This document shows, in pieces, positions 1 through 8,637 of a stretch of DNA of 32,000 nt; position 1 is the stretch's first letter; every line of letters begins with the position of its first letter. Both the position numbers and the translations under genes were made by a program. The stretch comes from Pseudodesulfovibrio piezophilus C1TLV30 (lineage in GTDB: Bacteria > Desulfobacterota > Desulfovibrionia > Desulfovibrionales > Desulfovibrionaceae): positions 2,880,001-2,912,000 of the forward strand of contig NC_020409.1 in the NCBI RefSeq assembly GCF_000341895.1, read 5' to 3'. The notes under the pieces are model-generated. The model was not told the origin of the DNA and made no database searches. It saw nothing but the letters and a program-made list of their open reading frames with translations.

Positions 1-143
1 TTTCAGTCTTGGCTTGAGGAGTGGGAATAGTGCTTTGGAGTGGCTTGAAGAGTTTTTTTCGTCGTTATTGTCTTTGTTTTGACAGTATCAGGTTACTTGA
101 TTGGATGCATCGAAAGAACATTCAATTGTTTTTTTTCTTTTTC

Positions 144-911
144 ATGCGCTATCGGGTTTCTCCTTTGATTCTTGAAGATGTGTATAAGCATGGTTTCGAT
201 GATGAAGAGATGGGAAGACTCTTTGCTCTGGGAACATCCTCTCTAAAAATTGGAAAAATATTTAAGACAACAGGCTTGATGCGCACTCGCATGGCTGATG
301 GCATGCTTTTAAAGAGAGCAGAAGAAAAGAAAAAACCATCACTAATGGAAATTGGTGTTTCTGACGGTAGTTCCTCTCTCGGACTTTTCGATCATTTTGA
401 GATGTTTGAGCGTATTGTTCTCACTGATCGATTTAGTCGATTCTATGTGCGGAAACATTTTTTCTGGAAGCTCATTTTGGACGCTGAAAAAAGAATGTAT
501 GGCTTAAAAATTCTGTGTTTTTTTATATTCTTATCTCCTAAGAAAGTAAAAGATAGTACCGAGTGTGTCCCCATTGAAGTTATCAATCCTATTCTTCGGA
601 AGAAGTACGGTATACAGGCCATAACTCGTTTCGATATGTTTGAGGATGTTCTTGATGAACCTGTCGATCTGATCAAGTGTTCAAATATTTTAAATAAGGC
701 ATACTTTTCTGATAGAGAAATTTGCCTTGCAGTTGCAAAACTTTGCCAAAGTCTCCGCGAGGGAGGCCATATTCTTATTTCCCAGAATAATAAACAATAT
801 AAAGACGGTGAAGCCGGGTTTATTTTACGAAAAGAAGGCGACGATGTTTACCTTGAAGAAGCCTTTAATAATCATGACTGTTTAAATCTTTTCAAAACTT
901 ATATTGGATAA
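144..911 (+). CDS. Class I SAM-dependent methyltransferase-like protein. Start is uncertain: the ORF opens at GTG 21, with ATG candidates at 105 and 144.
   Basis: ORF 21..911. It has a motif-I-like EIGVSDGSSS and a later DLIKCSNILNKAYF ... GGHILI block, in the order seen in CheR/class I methyltransferases. The first ~40 codons are encoded by a T-rich tract (QLFFFFFM) that looks non-coding, so I prefer ATG 144. Confidence 0.5.
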   Translation: MRYRVSPLILEDVYKHGFDDEEMGRLFALGTSSLKIGKIFKTTGLMRTRMADGMLLKRAEEKKKPSLMEIGVSDGSSSLGLFDHFEMFERIVLTDRFSRFYVRKHFFWKLILDAEKRMYGLKILCFFIFLSPKKVKDSTECVPIEVINPILRKKYGIQAITRFDMFEDVLDEPVDLIKCSNILNKAYFSDREICLAVAKLCQSLREGGHILISQNNKQYKDGEAGFILRKEGDDVYLEEAFNNHDCLNLFKTYIG

Positions 912-920
912 ATTGGTTTC

Positions 921-2039
921 ATGAAGGGCTCTCTGAAAATTATGCTGCTTGCTCCTTCCTTGGATGTTGGAGGGGCTGAACGACAATTGAGTTTTTTGGC
1001 AAATGGGCTAAGTCAGCGAGGCCACGATGTCCATGTTGCTCTTTTTTACAAACAGGGGGCATTGCTTGCAGACTTGGCCAAGGGAGTTTGTACGCATGAC
1101 TTAAAAAAACAAGGGCGATTAGATCTTTTCGGTTTTATTTGGCGTTTTCGTCGATTGGTTCAATGTAAACGGCCTGATATAATTTACTCTTTCTTAGGCG
1201 TACCTAATCTCACGTCGGTTTTTTTAAAAATGACAGGTATTCGGGTTCCTATTGTTTGGTCGGTACGTGCTTCTGATGTGGATTTGAGTCAATATGGCAT
1301 ACTATCTCGTCTTTGTTATGCTTTGGAATCAAAGTTGTCCAAGTTTGCCGACCACATCATTGTTAACTCTAGTGCCGGGCAAAAATATTCTATGGCCCAA
1401 GGTTATTCTGGAAAAAAAATGTCAGTTATTTTCAACGGAATAGAGACTGATCTTTTCAAGCCAGACAAGGCAGGTGCTGCCCTTTTACGACAGCAATGGT
1501 CTCTACAACGAGACGATATTCTGATAGGGATCGTTGCCCGGCTTGATCCTATGAAGAATCACGAGACTTTTCTTGAGGCCGCGAAATTGGTTTTAGTCGA
1601 AAATCCGAAAATCCGCTTTGCTTGCATAGGTGATGGGCCGCAATATAAGCAGCTGAAAGCTCTGAGCGAGAGACTTGGGCTTTCAGAAAATCTTATTTGG
1701 GTTGGAGCTCGTTCGGATATGCCCAATATCTATAATGCTCTAGATATTTTGTGCCTTTCGTCTGTTACTGAAGGTTTCCCAAATGCTCTTGGGGAGGCGA
1801 TGAGTTGTAGTGTGCCATGTATCACGACAGATGTTGGGGATGCTGCATATGAAGTGGGTGAAACCGGCATTGTCGTGCCTAAATTGAACCCTGAAGCGAT
1901 GGCGATGGCGATGTTAAAAATGATAGAAAACGTGCGCCGTGGCAAAACATTTGCAACTCGGGCGAGGGTAAAAAAACTGTTTTCAGTGGAGCGTATGGTG
2001 ACTGAAACCGAGCGAATTCTACAAGAGGTCCTTCAATGA
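921..2039 (+). CDS. Glycosyltransferase, GT4 / group 1 family
   Basis: 372-aa ORF. N-terminal LAPSLDVGGAERQL is typical of GT4 enzymes. The C-terminal E-x7-E motif is EGFPNALGEAM, followed by PCITTDVGDAAYEV. It starts 9 nt after the upstream ORF. Confidence 0.85.
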   Translation: MKGSLKIMLLAPSLDVGGAERQLSFLANGLSQRGHDVHVALFYKQGALLADLAKGVCTHDLKKQGRLDLFGFIWRFRRLVQCKRPDIIYSFLGVPNLTSVFLKMTGIRVPIVWSVRASDVDLSQYGILSRLCYALESKLSKFADHIIVNSSAGQKYSMAQGYSGKKMSVIFNGIETDLFKPDKAGAALLRQQWSLQRDDILIGIVARLDPMKNHETFLEAAKLVLVENPKIRFACIGDGPQYKQLKALSERLGLSENLIWVGARSDMPNIYNALDILCLSSVTEGFPNALGEAMSCSVPCITTDVGDAAYEVGETGIVVPKLNPEAMAMAMLKMIENVRRGKTFATRARVKKLFSVERMVTETERILQEVLQ

Positions 2040-3079
2040 AATGCAGGACGTTTTTTGTTTGGGGGATAGGTTTCATTTTTTCCTGCTTGTTTATTTGGGC
2101 AGTCTCAGCGGTCTTTTTGAATAGCGCTGTTCCACAAGTCTGGGACGAAGTCCTCAATGAGTATGTCCGTAAGCCTGGGATTACAGTTCGTTTTCGTAGT
2201 GAGGGGTGGGGTGATACTCGCATTGGTCAGCATGGTTTACAGGCTGCAAGCAGTGATGTCTTAGAAAGTAAGACGAAGTGCCTTTTATTTTGGGGAGACT
2301 CTCATGGAGAAGCTTACCAAGTTGATGATGAAGATAAGATAATCTCTGTATTTAATCGAGAGTCAACAACCCCTTTAAAAGGAGCACTCGTGGGCCAAAG
2401 TGGACTGAGCGTTGTTGATTACTATTATTTACTCCCTCACTTTGAGGCTGCTTTTCCAAATGTTGAAGGGCATGTGATCCTCCTTTCTGGCATGGGGGAT
2501 GTTACTCCAGGATATCAAAATGGGTGCAATGGACATTTCATGTCAAATCCGTTCCGCTTTGAGGAGGGGGACTGTTCTCCTTCCCCTAGAGGGCTTAGGT
2601 GGGGCCCATTAATCTATACATTCAAGTTGGAATTTGCTTATCAAGTCTATCTCTCCATTAAAAAAATCGTATTTCATTCAGATGAACCTGTTGATACAGG
2701 CAATAAGAATCTCAATGTTTTGAGACAAAAATCAGTACCACCTGATGATGCTTGGGAGTTTTTGTTAGCCAAACTTAAACGAGTTACAAAAAAACCTATA
2801 ATATTTGTCTATTTTCCCTATATCCCCCGTTTTGTTAATGGTGTTTTAGATTTAAAAGACAGCAAGGCAGAAGAAAAAATCCGGTTTCAGAAGGGGTGTG
2901 CCGCCAAGGGCTTTGGATTTATTGATATGACAGATGCTTTTAAGACCTTATATCTTCAGAAGAAGAAACTGCCTCGTGGGTTCATGAATACCCCTCAAGG
3001 CCAAGGTCACTTGAACGCGCAAGGTCAAGCTTTAATAGCGCAAGCTCTTAATAAATATTTGCTAGAGGTCGGCCTGTGA
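2036..3079 (+). CDS. Membrane-anchored hypothetical protein with a GDSH motif; possible SGNH/AlgJ-like partner of the downstream MBOAT
   Basis: 347-aa ORF. Its ATG overlaps the GT4 stop (ATGA) and its stop overlaps the MBOAT GTG (GTGA). It has one N-terminal TM helix (FFVWGIGFIFSCLFIWAVSAVF) and FWGDSHGEAY, which resembles SGNH block I. The function is inferred mainly from its position next to the MBOAT. Confidence 0.4.
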   Translation: MKCRTFFVWGIGFIFSCLFIWAVSAVFLNSAVPQVWDEVLNEYVRKPGITVRFRSEGWGDTRIGQHGLQAASSDVLESKTKCLLFWGDSHGEAYQVDDEDKIISVFNRESTTPLKGALVGQSGLSVVDYYYLLPHFEAAFPNVEGHVILLSGMGDVTPGYQNGCNGHFMSNPFRFEEGDCSPSPRGLRWGPLIYTFKLEFAYQVYLSIKKIVFHSDEPVDTGNKNLNVLRQKSVPPDDAWEFLLAKLKRVTKKPIIFVYFPYIPRFVNGVLDLKDSKAEEKIRFQKGCAAKGFGFIDMTDAFKTLYLQKKKLPRGFMNTPQGQGHLNAQGQALIAQALNKYLLEVGL

Positions 3080-4473
3080 TTTTTTCTTCGATAACATTTT
3101 GCCTCTTTTTCCTTTGTATCCTCGTTGGCTTGGGAGTTTTTCGTCGTAATTCTTCTCGTAAAAGATTTCTACTTTTAGGGAGTTGGTTTTTTTACGCTTA
3201 TTGGGACTGGCGTTTCCTTTTTCTTATTTTAATCTCCACCATTGTTGATTTTGTAATTGGGGCGATGCTGGGGCACGAAAAGAAAAAAGGGACGCGTCGG
3301 TTGCTCTTAGGGGTAAGTCTGACGGTTAACCTTGGCCTGCTTGGTTTTTTTAAGTACTTCAACTTTTTTATTGATTCAATGCGTCCGTTGGTAGAAAGTT
3401 TTGGTTTTCATGTTGGCTCTTTGGATATAATCCTTCCGGTGGGTATATCCTTTTACACCTTTCAGACGCTGAGTTACACGATTGATATTTATCGTGGGCA
3501 AATAAAGCCGCATGATAATTTACTGGATTTTTCTCTTTTTGTGAGTTTTTTCCCACAGCTTGTGGCTGGTCCAATTGTGCGTGCGTCGCATTTCCTGCCC
3601 CAACTCAAGGAGTACAAACCACTTACTGCGGGGAATGCCTATGCAGGGTTCCAACTTTTTACTTATGGGCTTTGTAAAAAAGTATTTCTTGCAGACAGGC
3701 TGGCGTTATTCTCAGATCATGTTTTCACTAATGCCGGGTTGTACGATTGTGCGACCACGTGGATGGCTGCGGGAGCATATTCACTTCAGATTTATTTGGA
3801 CTTTTCCGGTTACTCTGACATGGCGATCGGCATAGCTCGCATCTTAGGGTATGATCTCGGGAAGAATTTTAATTTTCCATACTTATCCCGAAGTCCCCAA
3901 GAGTTTTGGCGCCGATGGCATATTTCTTTGTCAACTTGGGTACGAGATTATCTTTATATCCCACTTGGGGGGAGTCGCAGAGGTAAAGCTCGTACGTATG
4001 TTAATGTCTTTGTTTCAATGGGGTTATGTGGTTTATGGCATGGTGCAGCTTGGACTTTTGTTGTTTGGGGGATGCTCCATGGAGTCGGATTAGTATTGAA
4101 CAGGATGTGGCAATGGAAGGCAGAAGGGCCAGGGTTTAGACTGATAGGACGGGGAGTGGCATGGATTGGAACAATGTTGTTCGTCGTGGTGGGCTGGGTG
4201 CTGTTTCGATCCGTTGGATTTAGCGAAGCTCGTTTGATGCTCCGCCAGATGTTTGTTCCTGAATCTGGAGTAAATTGGTTTTTCCCTTATTTCCCTTTTG
4301 TTCTTGGTGTGGTCGCAGGAGCTCACATTTTGAAGGGGTTTGGGTTTTATGAAAAGTATTTGGAGTCAGAGACGGTTCGTTGGTACTCGCCTGCGCTTTT
4401 GTTCAGCCTGCTGTGGCTTGTCATTATCTTTCAACCTACAGGCTTCAACCCATTTATATATTTCCAATTTTAG
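3076..4473 (+). CDS. MBOAT-family membrane O-acyltransferase (AlgI/DltB/PatA-like)
   Basis: 465-aa polytopic ORF carrying the family hallmark FWRRWHISLSTWVRDYLYIPLGGSRRG and the conserved histidine context GLWHGAAWTF. Confidence 0.9.
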   Translation: MIFSSITFCLFFLCILVGLGVFRRNSSRKRFLLLGSWFFYAYWDWRFLFLILISTIVDFVIGAMLGHEKKKGTRRLLLGVSLTVNLGLLGFFKYFNFFIDSMRPLVESFGFHVGSLDIILPVGISFYTFQTLSYTIDIYRGQIKPHDNLLDFSLFVSFFPQLVAGPIVRASHFLPQLKEYKPLTAGNAYAGFQLFTYGLCKKVFLADRLALFSDHVFTNAGLYDCATTWMAAGAYSLQIYLDFSGYSDMAIGIARILGYDLGKNFNFPYLSRSPQEFWRRWHISLSTWVRDYLYIPLGGSRRGKARTYVNVFVSMGLCGLWHGAAWTFVVWGMLHGVGLVLNRMWQWKAEGPGFRLIGRGVAWIGTMLFVVVGWVLFRSVGFSEARLMLRQMFVPESGVNWFFPYFPFVLGVVAGAHILKGFGFYEKYLESETVRWYSPALLFSLLWLVIIFQPTGFNPFIYFQF

Positions 4474-4486
4474 TCCAATGAGAAAC

Positions 4487-4505
4487 CCCCCAGCTCTGCT
4501 GGGGG
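4487..4505 (+). repeat. Left subterminal hairpin of the IS200-like element; may also terminate the MBOAT operon
   Basis: Perfect 8-bp stem (cccccagc / gctggggg) with a 3-nt loop, 14 nt after the MBOAT stop codon. It resembles the hairpin at 5058-5076. Confidence 0.55.
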
Positions 4506-4540
4506 ACCAGTAAAGTTTGACTTATGCGGGAGTAATATAA

Positions 4541-4583
4541 AGCCTCTCCTTGTGAGCTGCTCAGAGTGAGCAGAGGAGAGGCT
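4541..4583 (+). promoter_or_regulatory. 5' leader stem-loop that sequesters the tnpA Shine-Dalgarno sequence
   Basis: agcctctcct (4541-4550) pairs with aggagaggct (4574-4583). An inner stem pairs ctgctca with tgagcag (4557-4563 / 4567-4573). The GGAGAGG ribosome-binding site for ATG 4586 lies inside the 3' arm. Translational occlusion of this kind is known for IS200. Confidence 0.55.
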
Positions 4584-4585
4584 CT

Positions 4586-5017
4586 ATGAAGTGCAATTCA
4601 AGCCTATGCCATACAAAATGGGACTGCAAGTATCATGTTGTGTGGATACCGAAATGTCGGCGTAAGGTATTGTTTGGCAAGTTGAAAAACTACTTGGGCG
4701 AGGTGTTCCACAAGCTCGCACGTCAACGTGAATGTATGATTTTGGAAGGGCATTTATGCATTGATCATGTGCATATGTACATCGCCATTCCTCCCAAATA
4801 CTCTGTGGCACAAGTAGTTGGTTATATAAAAGGTAAGAGCGCAATACACATAGCGCGTGAAGTCCAAAATCGCGCAAGGGGATTTGCAGGGCAAAGCTTC
4901 TGGGCGCGTGGTTACTATGTGACCACGGTTGGACGAGACGAAAAGGTAATAAGGGAATACATCCGCAAACAAGAACATGAAGACAAGCGGGTGGAGCAGT
5001 TGAAATTCCGCCTTTAG
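4586..5017 (+). CDS. tnpA: IS200/IS605-family Y1 (HUH) transposase TnpA
   Basis: 143-aa ORF with N-terminal WDCKYHVVWIPKCRRKVL, the HUH motif HVHMYI, YIKGKSA, and a C-terminal catalytic Tyr context REYIRKQE. Confidence 0.92.
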   Translation: MKCNSSLCHTKWDCKYHVVWIPKCRRKVLFGKLKNYLGEVFHKLARQRECMILEGHLCIDHVHMYIAIPPKYSVAQVVGYIKGKSAIHIAREVQNRARGFAGQSFWARGYYVTTVGRDEKVIREYIRKQEHEDKRVEQLKFRL

Positions 5018-5057
5018 GCGGTTCTTAAAGCCACTTTGAGTGGCTCACAAGCTCAAG

Positions 5058-5076
5058 CCCCCGGCTTTGCCGGGGG
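5058..5076 (+). repeat. Right subterminal hairpin of the IS200-like element
   Basis: Perfect 8-bp stem (cccccggc / gccggggg) with a ttt loop, preceded by a second small hairpin agccact-ttg-agtggct (5029-5045). Confidence 0.55.
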
Positions 5077-5478
5077 TGTTATGACTTTGAAAATAGGTTA
5101 TAATTGAGGATGTAAATATGTTTTTCGTAGCTTTAGGGCTTCTCAATCAAGTTTGGGCAAGTGCGATGGATGCGTTGCCATAATGAGGAGCTAGAGGGCG
5201 TGATGCTTCCGTCTGAAGGCTGGGGGCATGTTACAAAAGTGCATGAAAACAAGGACTGTTCGCTGAAATGGTCTCAGCAAATTCTCGATAACATTGTGAG
5301 CATCATGGTTTAAAAACTGAGATCAAAGAGTCTTTGCCTTTAGATTTGATTCTTGGTTCCCAATCTTAACATCCGCAAACTGTCGGAATATTTTATTCAA
5401 TCAGATTCCAACTTCCTATAGTTGTTCCGGCACTCGTCGATTCAAGCGAAAGGTAACTCGTTCGTATTGTCGTGAGAA

Positions 5479-7476
5479 CTAATCGCAAGCTTTAAGTTCA
5501 AAGCAAAATGCATTTTGATATGTCTCTAGAACTTTCTCGACTGCGTATTGGGGGTTTTTTTCAAATTCATATTTCTTTAGTAATGCCCGCACAGCTGAAC
5601 AAACTTTCTCATCTTTGTATAACGTTATAGTTGAGCGGTTCTCTAAATCAAGGAAGGGACGAAGATATTCCAATTCAGTAGTTTTGAAGTTGCTAGGATG
5701 AGGAAAAGGTAGGATTTTATGGGTACAACCTGGCAGTTTGTTATAAACTGTTAAGGGGTCGATAAAGCTGTTTTCAGTCACCTTCTGAAAAGCAGGAGAT
5801 ACTTTTTGTGAACTTAATTCTTCTGTGGCTGAAAAAATAAGACTGAGAAAATCAAGTAATAATTTTCTATCATACAGCAATCTGCTGACAACTTTAAAAT
5901 ATAATTTTGAAAAGCCTCCAGAAAGCAGCCTTCCCCAGTGTGGTTCTTTTGTGTGTTTTTTTATTAATGCATCTCTACTGGGATGTAATTCTGTGTCCAG
6001 CGAGTTTATAATATCGCGCGCAAAATGGCCAAGTCGTGTCTCTGTGCCCTTCAATTCAGTAATTTTCTCAACAAGGCTGTTAAGGACATGTATGGGGTTA
6101 ATCTTATTAGTGTGGTGGAGGTTTGAGAGAAAAGGCTTGAGGTGTCCAGAATTCCAGCAAAATCCTACTAGGCATTGTAAAAGTCGCATTGATTTAAATT
6201 CGTTAGGGCTCATATCCTTTGAGCCACTTGCAACTTCTTCACATTCAACAACTTTGATTCCTTGATATTCGCCATAGCAGCCAGATTTTAGCCTAAAACT
6301 TGTTTGGTATTGATATTTTTTGCGTTCTTCTTCCAAATTTAGTTGAGTCCCTGGCAAAAAGAGAAGTGTCCTATCCCCAATGACGTCAAATCCTAGTTCG
6401 AAGCATTTTTCAAGGGTTTTCAGGTGGTTTGCATATGTTTCTCCTGGAAGTCCTCCTATTAAATCCGTGCCGACTTGGATATGTTTTTTTTTGTATGTGG
6501 AGAGGTAGTCCTTGAGGTCATCTTGTTGAATATTTCGCCTACCTATATTTTCTTGCACTACTGGGTCTAAGGACTGAACTGCCAATAAAACTCGTTCTCC
6601 TTCTCCGAGCAGTTTGACTATTTCATAATTGGTTTCAGCATTGTTTTTGCTCGACCAGAAGACGATACGTTGAAGAATTGGGTTTACATCTTTTATGGAT
6701 CTAAGGGCCTTAGCTATTTGGATGTCTCGTTTGAATATCCCGAAGTTCCCATCGGCAAGAATATAGGTTGGGAGAGTGGGGAATTTGGTCCCCACGTAGT
6801 CTATTTCTGCGAGAATTCTCTCCATAGGAAATTTTCTGGTTTGATTTAAAAAGGATATTCCCCAAGCACAATAGGAGCATGAGTATGGACAACCTCTATT
6901 GGATTCGAAGAGAGGTATAAGTCCTTGATCAAGGAAAGAATCAAGATACCCTGCGAGGTATGGTGATGGGAGGTGGCTTAGATCATCAAAGAGCTGGGGG
7001 GGGCGATAGCATAGGTTTCCATGTCGAAGGAATGCAACTCCAGGATGTAATGTATTGAGTTGGTTAGATGGAGAAGTGATGTCTTTTACAATATTCGCGA
7101 AGGCCATCTCTCCTTCAAATACGATAGCAGAATCGATGGCAGGATTTTTTGTTAAGAAATTGGTAAGAAAGGTAAGGTCATTTTCTATTGATGGACCTCC
7201 TACGGATATGTGGGTGGCTGGGGAGAGTTGCTTAATCCTTTTTGCCACTGAGACGCTTAGGTTCCAGTTCCATTCGTACATAGAAAGCCCGACTACAGCC
7301 GGGGAGGCTTGTTTCACCGCGTCGAGTAGATCTGCTGTGTATTTAAAAAGTGTTACGGGGGGAGGAGTTCCTTGTGTGCTCAGATAAGCAGCAAGGCTTG
7401 CGGCGTTTAATGGGACAGAGTAATTCCCTGGGAGAGTGTTGTGAACCAGATCTGCAATGTATATTTTTTTCTTCAT
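5479..7476 (-). CDS. B12-binding-domain radical SAM protein (class B rSAM-like); substrate unknown
   Basis: The ORF track gives 5479..7482 with a TTG start; the first ATG (MKKKIYIADL) is at 7476. The N-terminal ~140 aa look like a Rossmann/B12-binding region (VVGLSMYEWNW ... ISVGGPS). The radical SAM CX3CX2C motif CPYSCSYC is encoded at 6868-6891. The C-terminal ~250 aa carry no motif I recognise. Confidence 0.8.
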   Translation of the reverse strand: MKKKIYIADLVHNTLPGNYSVPLNAASLAAYLSTQGTPPPVTLFKYTADLLDAVKQASPAVVGLSMYEWNWNLSVSVAKRIKQLSPATHISVGGPSIENDLTFLTNFLTKNPAIDSAIVFEGEMAFANIVKDITSPSNQLNTLHPGVAFLRHGNLCYRPPQLFDDLSHLPSPYLAGYLDSFLDQGLIPLFESNRGCPYSCSYCAWGISFLNQTRKFPMERILAEIDYVGTKFPTLPTYILADGNFGIFKRDIQIAKALRSIKDVNPILQRIVFWSSKNNAETNYEIVKLLGEGERVLLAVQSLDPVVQENIGRRNIQQDDLKDYLSTYKKKHIQVGTDLIGGLPGETYANHLKTLEKCFELGFDVIGDRTLLFLPGTQLNLEEERKKYQYQTSFRLKSGCYGEYQGIKVVECEEVASGSKDMSPNEFKSMRLLQCLVGFCWNSGHLKPFLSNLHHTNKINPIHVLNSLVEKITELKGTETRLGHFARDIINSLDTELHPSRDALIKKHTKEPHWGRLLSGGFSKLYFKVVSRLLYDRKLLLDFLSLIFSATEELSSQKVSPAFQKVTENSFIDPLTVYNKLPGCTHKILPFPHPSNFKTTELEYLRPFLDLENRSTITLYKDEKVCSAVRALLKKYEFEKNPQYAVEKVLETYQNAFCFELKACD

Positions 7477-7854
7477 TAGCAATGGGCAAATAGAGCCAAT
7501 TTTATTATTTTTGTTTGTCGAGGAGCGAATTTACAGCTTCGATGAGGGGAAGATCTCGTTGCGTAGTATAAATGGAGAGGATGACTTGGTTCTTTCTTTA
7601 GACACAGTTTCTCTACTTTAGCTATACCATATTGTAAATATAGTGCTCCTTCTCCTTTTGATCTGTCAAGAGAAGGCCATGAGGCATGTCATGAGATTCT
7701 CAGAGGTAATTCTGGTGTAAGTATGTGGTCATATTAGGGTGCATTGGATTACATCCATAATTTTTAGTTTGTTGTTGTCTTATTGGCCGTGGCAGAAAAA
7801 TTTATATAGTTTGAGCCGTTTCCTGCGCTTTGTAAATCAAAAGGACAGTATCAT

Positions 7855-8301
7855 ATGGAGGGAACATTGATGATCGTACCAGCTCGGGAAGGTGATTTTA
7901 GTGAAATTGTCGAAGTTTGGGAAGCTTCGGTACGGGCGACGCATTTGTTTTTGTCTGAAGAAGATATTCAATATTATAAGCAGCTTATTCTCAATGAATA
8001 TCTGGCTGCCGTGACATTGTTTTGTGCAAAGGATGATCAGGGCGTAATTCAGGGGTTTTTGGGAACGTCAGGGCAAAGTATAGAGATGTTGTTTCTGGCT
8101 CCACGCGCGCGAGGGAGCGGATTAGGGAGGAAATTGGTGCTTTTTGCTACTGACGAATTGGGGGCGACAAAGGTTGATGTGAATGAACAGAATCCGGCAG
8201 CAGTCGGATTTTATGAGCATATGGGCTTCAAGACCACGGGGCGCTCTCCGGTTGATGGCATGGGCAAGCCATTTCCTTTGCTACATATGGAGAAAGAGTG
8301 A
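7855..8301 (+). CDS. GNAT-family N-acetyltransferase (small, stand-alone)
   Basis: 148-aa ORF with acetyl-CoA motif A RARGSGLGRKL and C-terminal NPAAVGFYEHMGF. An alternative ATG at 7870 sits 7 nt after GGAGGG and may be the true start. Confidence 0.85.
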   Translation: MEGTLMIVPAREGDFSEIVEVWEASVRATHLFLSEEDIQYYKQLILNEYLAAVTLFCAKDDQGVIQGFLGTSGQSIEMLFLAPRARGSGLGRKLVLFATDELGATKVDVNEQNPAAVGFYEHMGFKTTGRSPVDGMGKPFPLLHMEKE

Positions 8302-8637
8302 CGGTGATGGCACCATGATTTTTTGCGGGCAAGTGTCAATTTTCATGGGATGATTGGTCTGGTCGGCGAAAAGGTGGTATGCGGCACTGTCTCTTGTCTT
8401 GGCTTGGCTTGAAAATTCTTTTGCTTTATTTTTTCAACGTATCAACAAGTTTTTGATACCCAGTTTTTTTTGACGTTGTTGGTCTGGTGTTCGAGTTGTG
8501 ACTTGCGGCCTTTAAAAAAATTCTTCCTGAATCGTTTTTTCTATTTACCTGACCTTATACAACGGATATTGGCCGTCTGTCTTTTGTGTGCATGACACGC
8601 AGTTGGTGGGCAATTTTACTCCCAGGAGGGAGGTTGT

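Larger units (their letters stand above)
4480..5085 (+). mobile_element. IS200/IS605-family insertion sequence (IS200 type, tnpA only). Boundaries are approximate.
   Basis: A Y1 transposase ORF is flanked by two near-identical subterminal hairpins: 4487-4505 cccccagc-tct-gctggggg and 5058-5076 cccccggc-ttt-gccggggg. No tnpB and no terminal inverted repeats, as expected for this family. Confidence 0.8.

Noticed and set aside
21-143. N-terminal extension of the first ORF (GTG 21 start)
   Set aside because: The extension includes a T-rich tract translating to QLFFFFFM and has no methyltransferase-like sequence, so it is probably 5' UTR. I cannot exclude the starts at 30 (GTG after GAGGAG) or 105.
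5201-5314. 37-codon + strand ORF (MLPSEGWGHVTKVHENKDCSLKWSQQILDNIVSIMV) and a 22-codon ORF at 5118-5186, in the spacer after the IS element
   Set aside because: No recognisable motif, weak or ambiguous ribosome-binding sites, and a location in AT-rich spacer DNA. They could be gene remnants, but nothing in the sequence supports a call.
7483-7854. Search for a RiPP precursor peptide or leader upstream of the radical SAM gene
   Set aside because: The minus-strand ORFs I found by hand translation were 8-14 codons with no Shine-Dalgarno sequence. The AAGGAGAAGGAG tract at ~7645-7656 (minus strand) is followed only by ATG-GTA-TAG.
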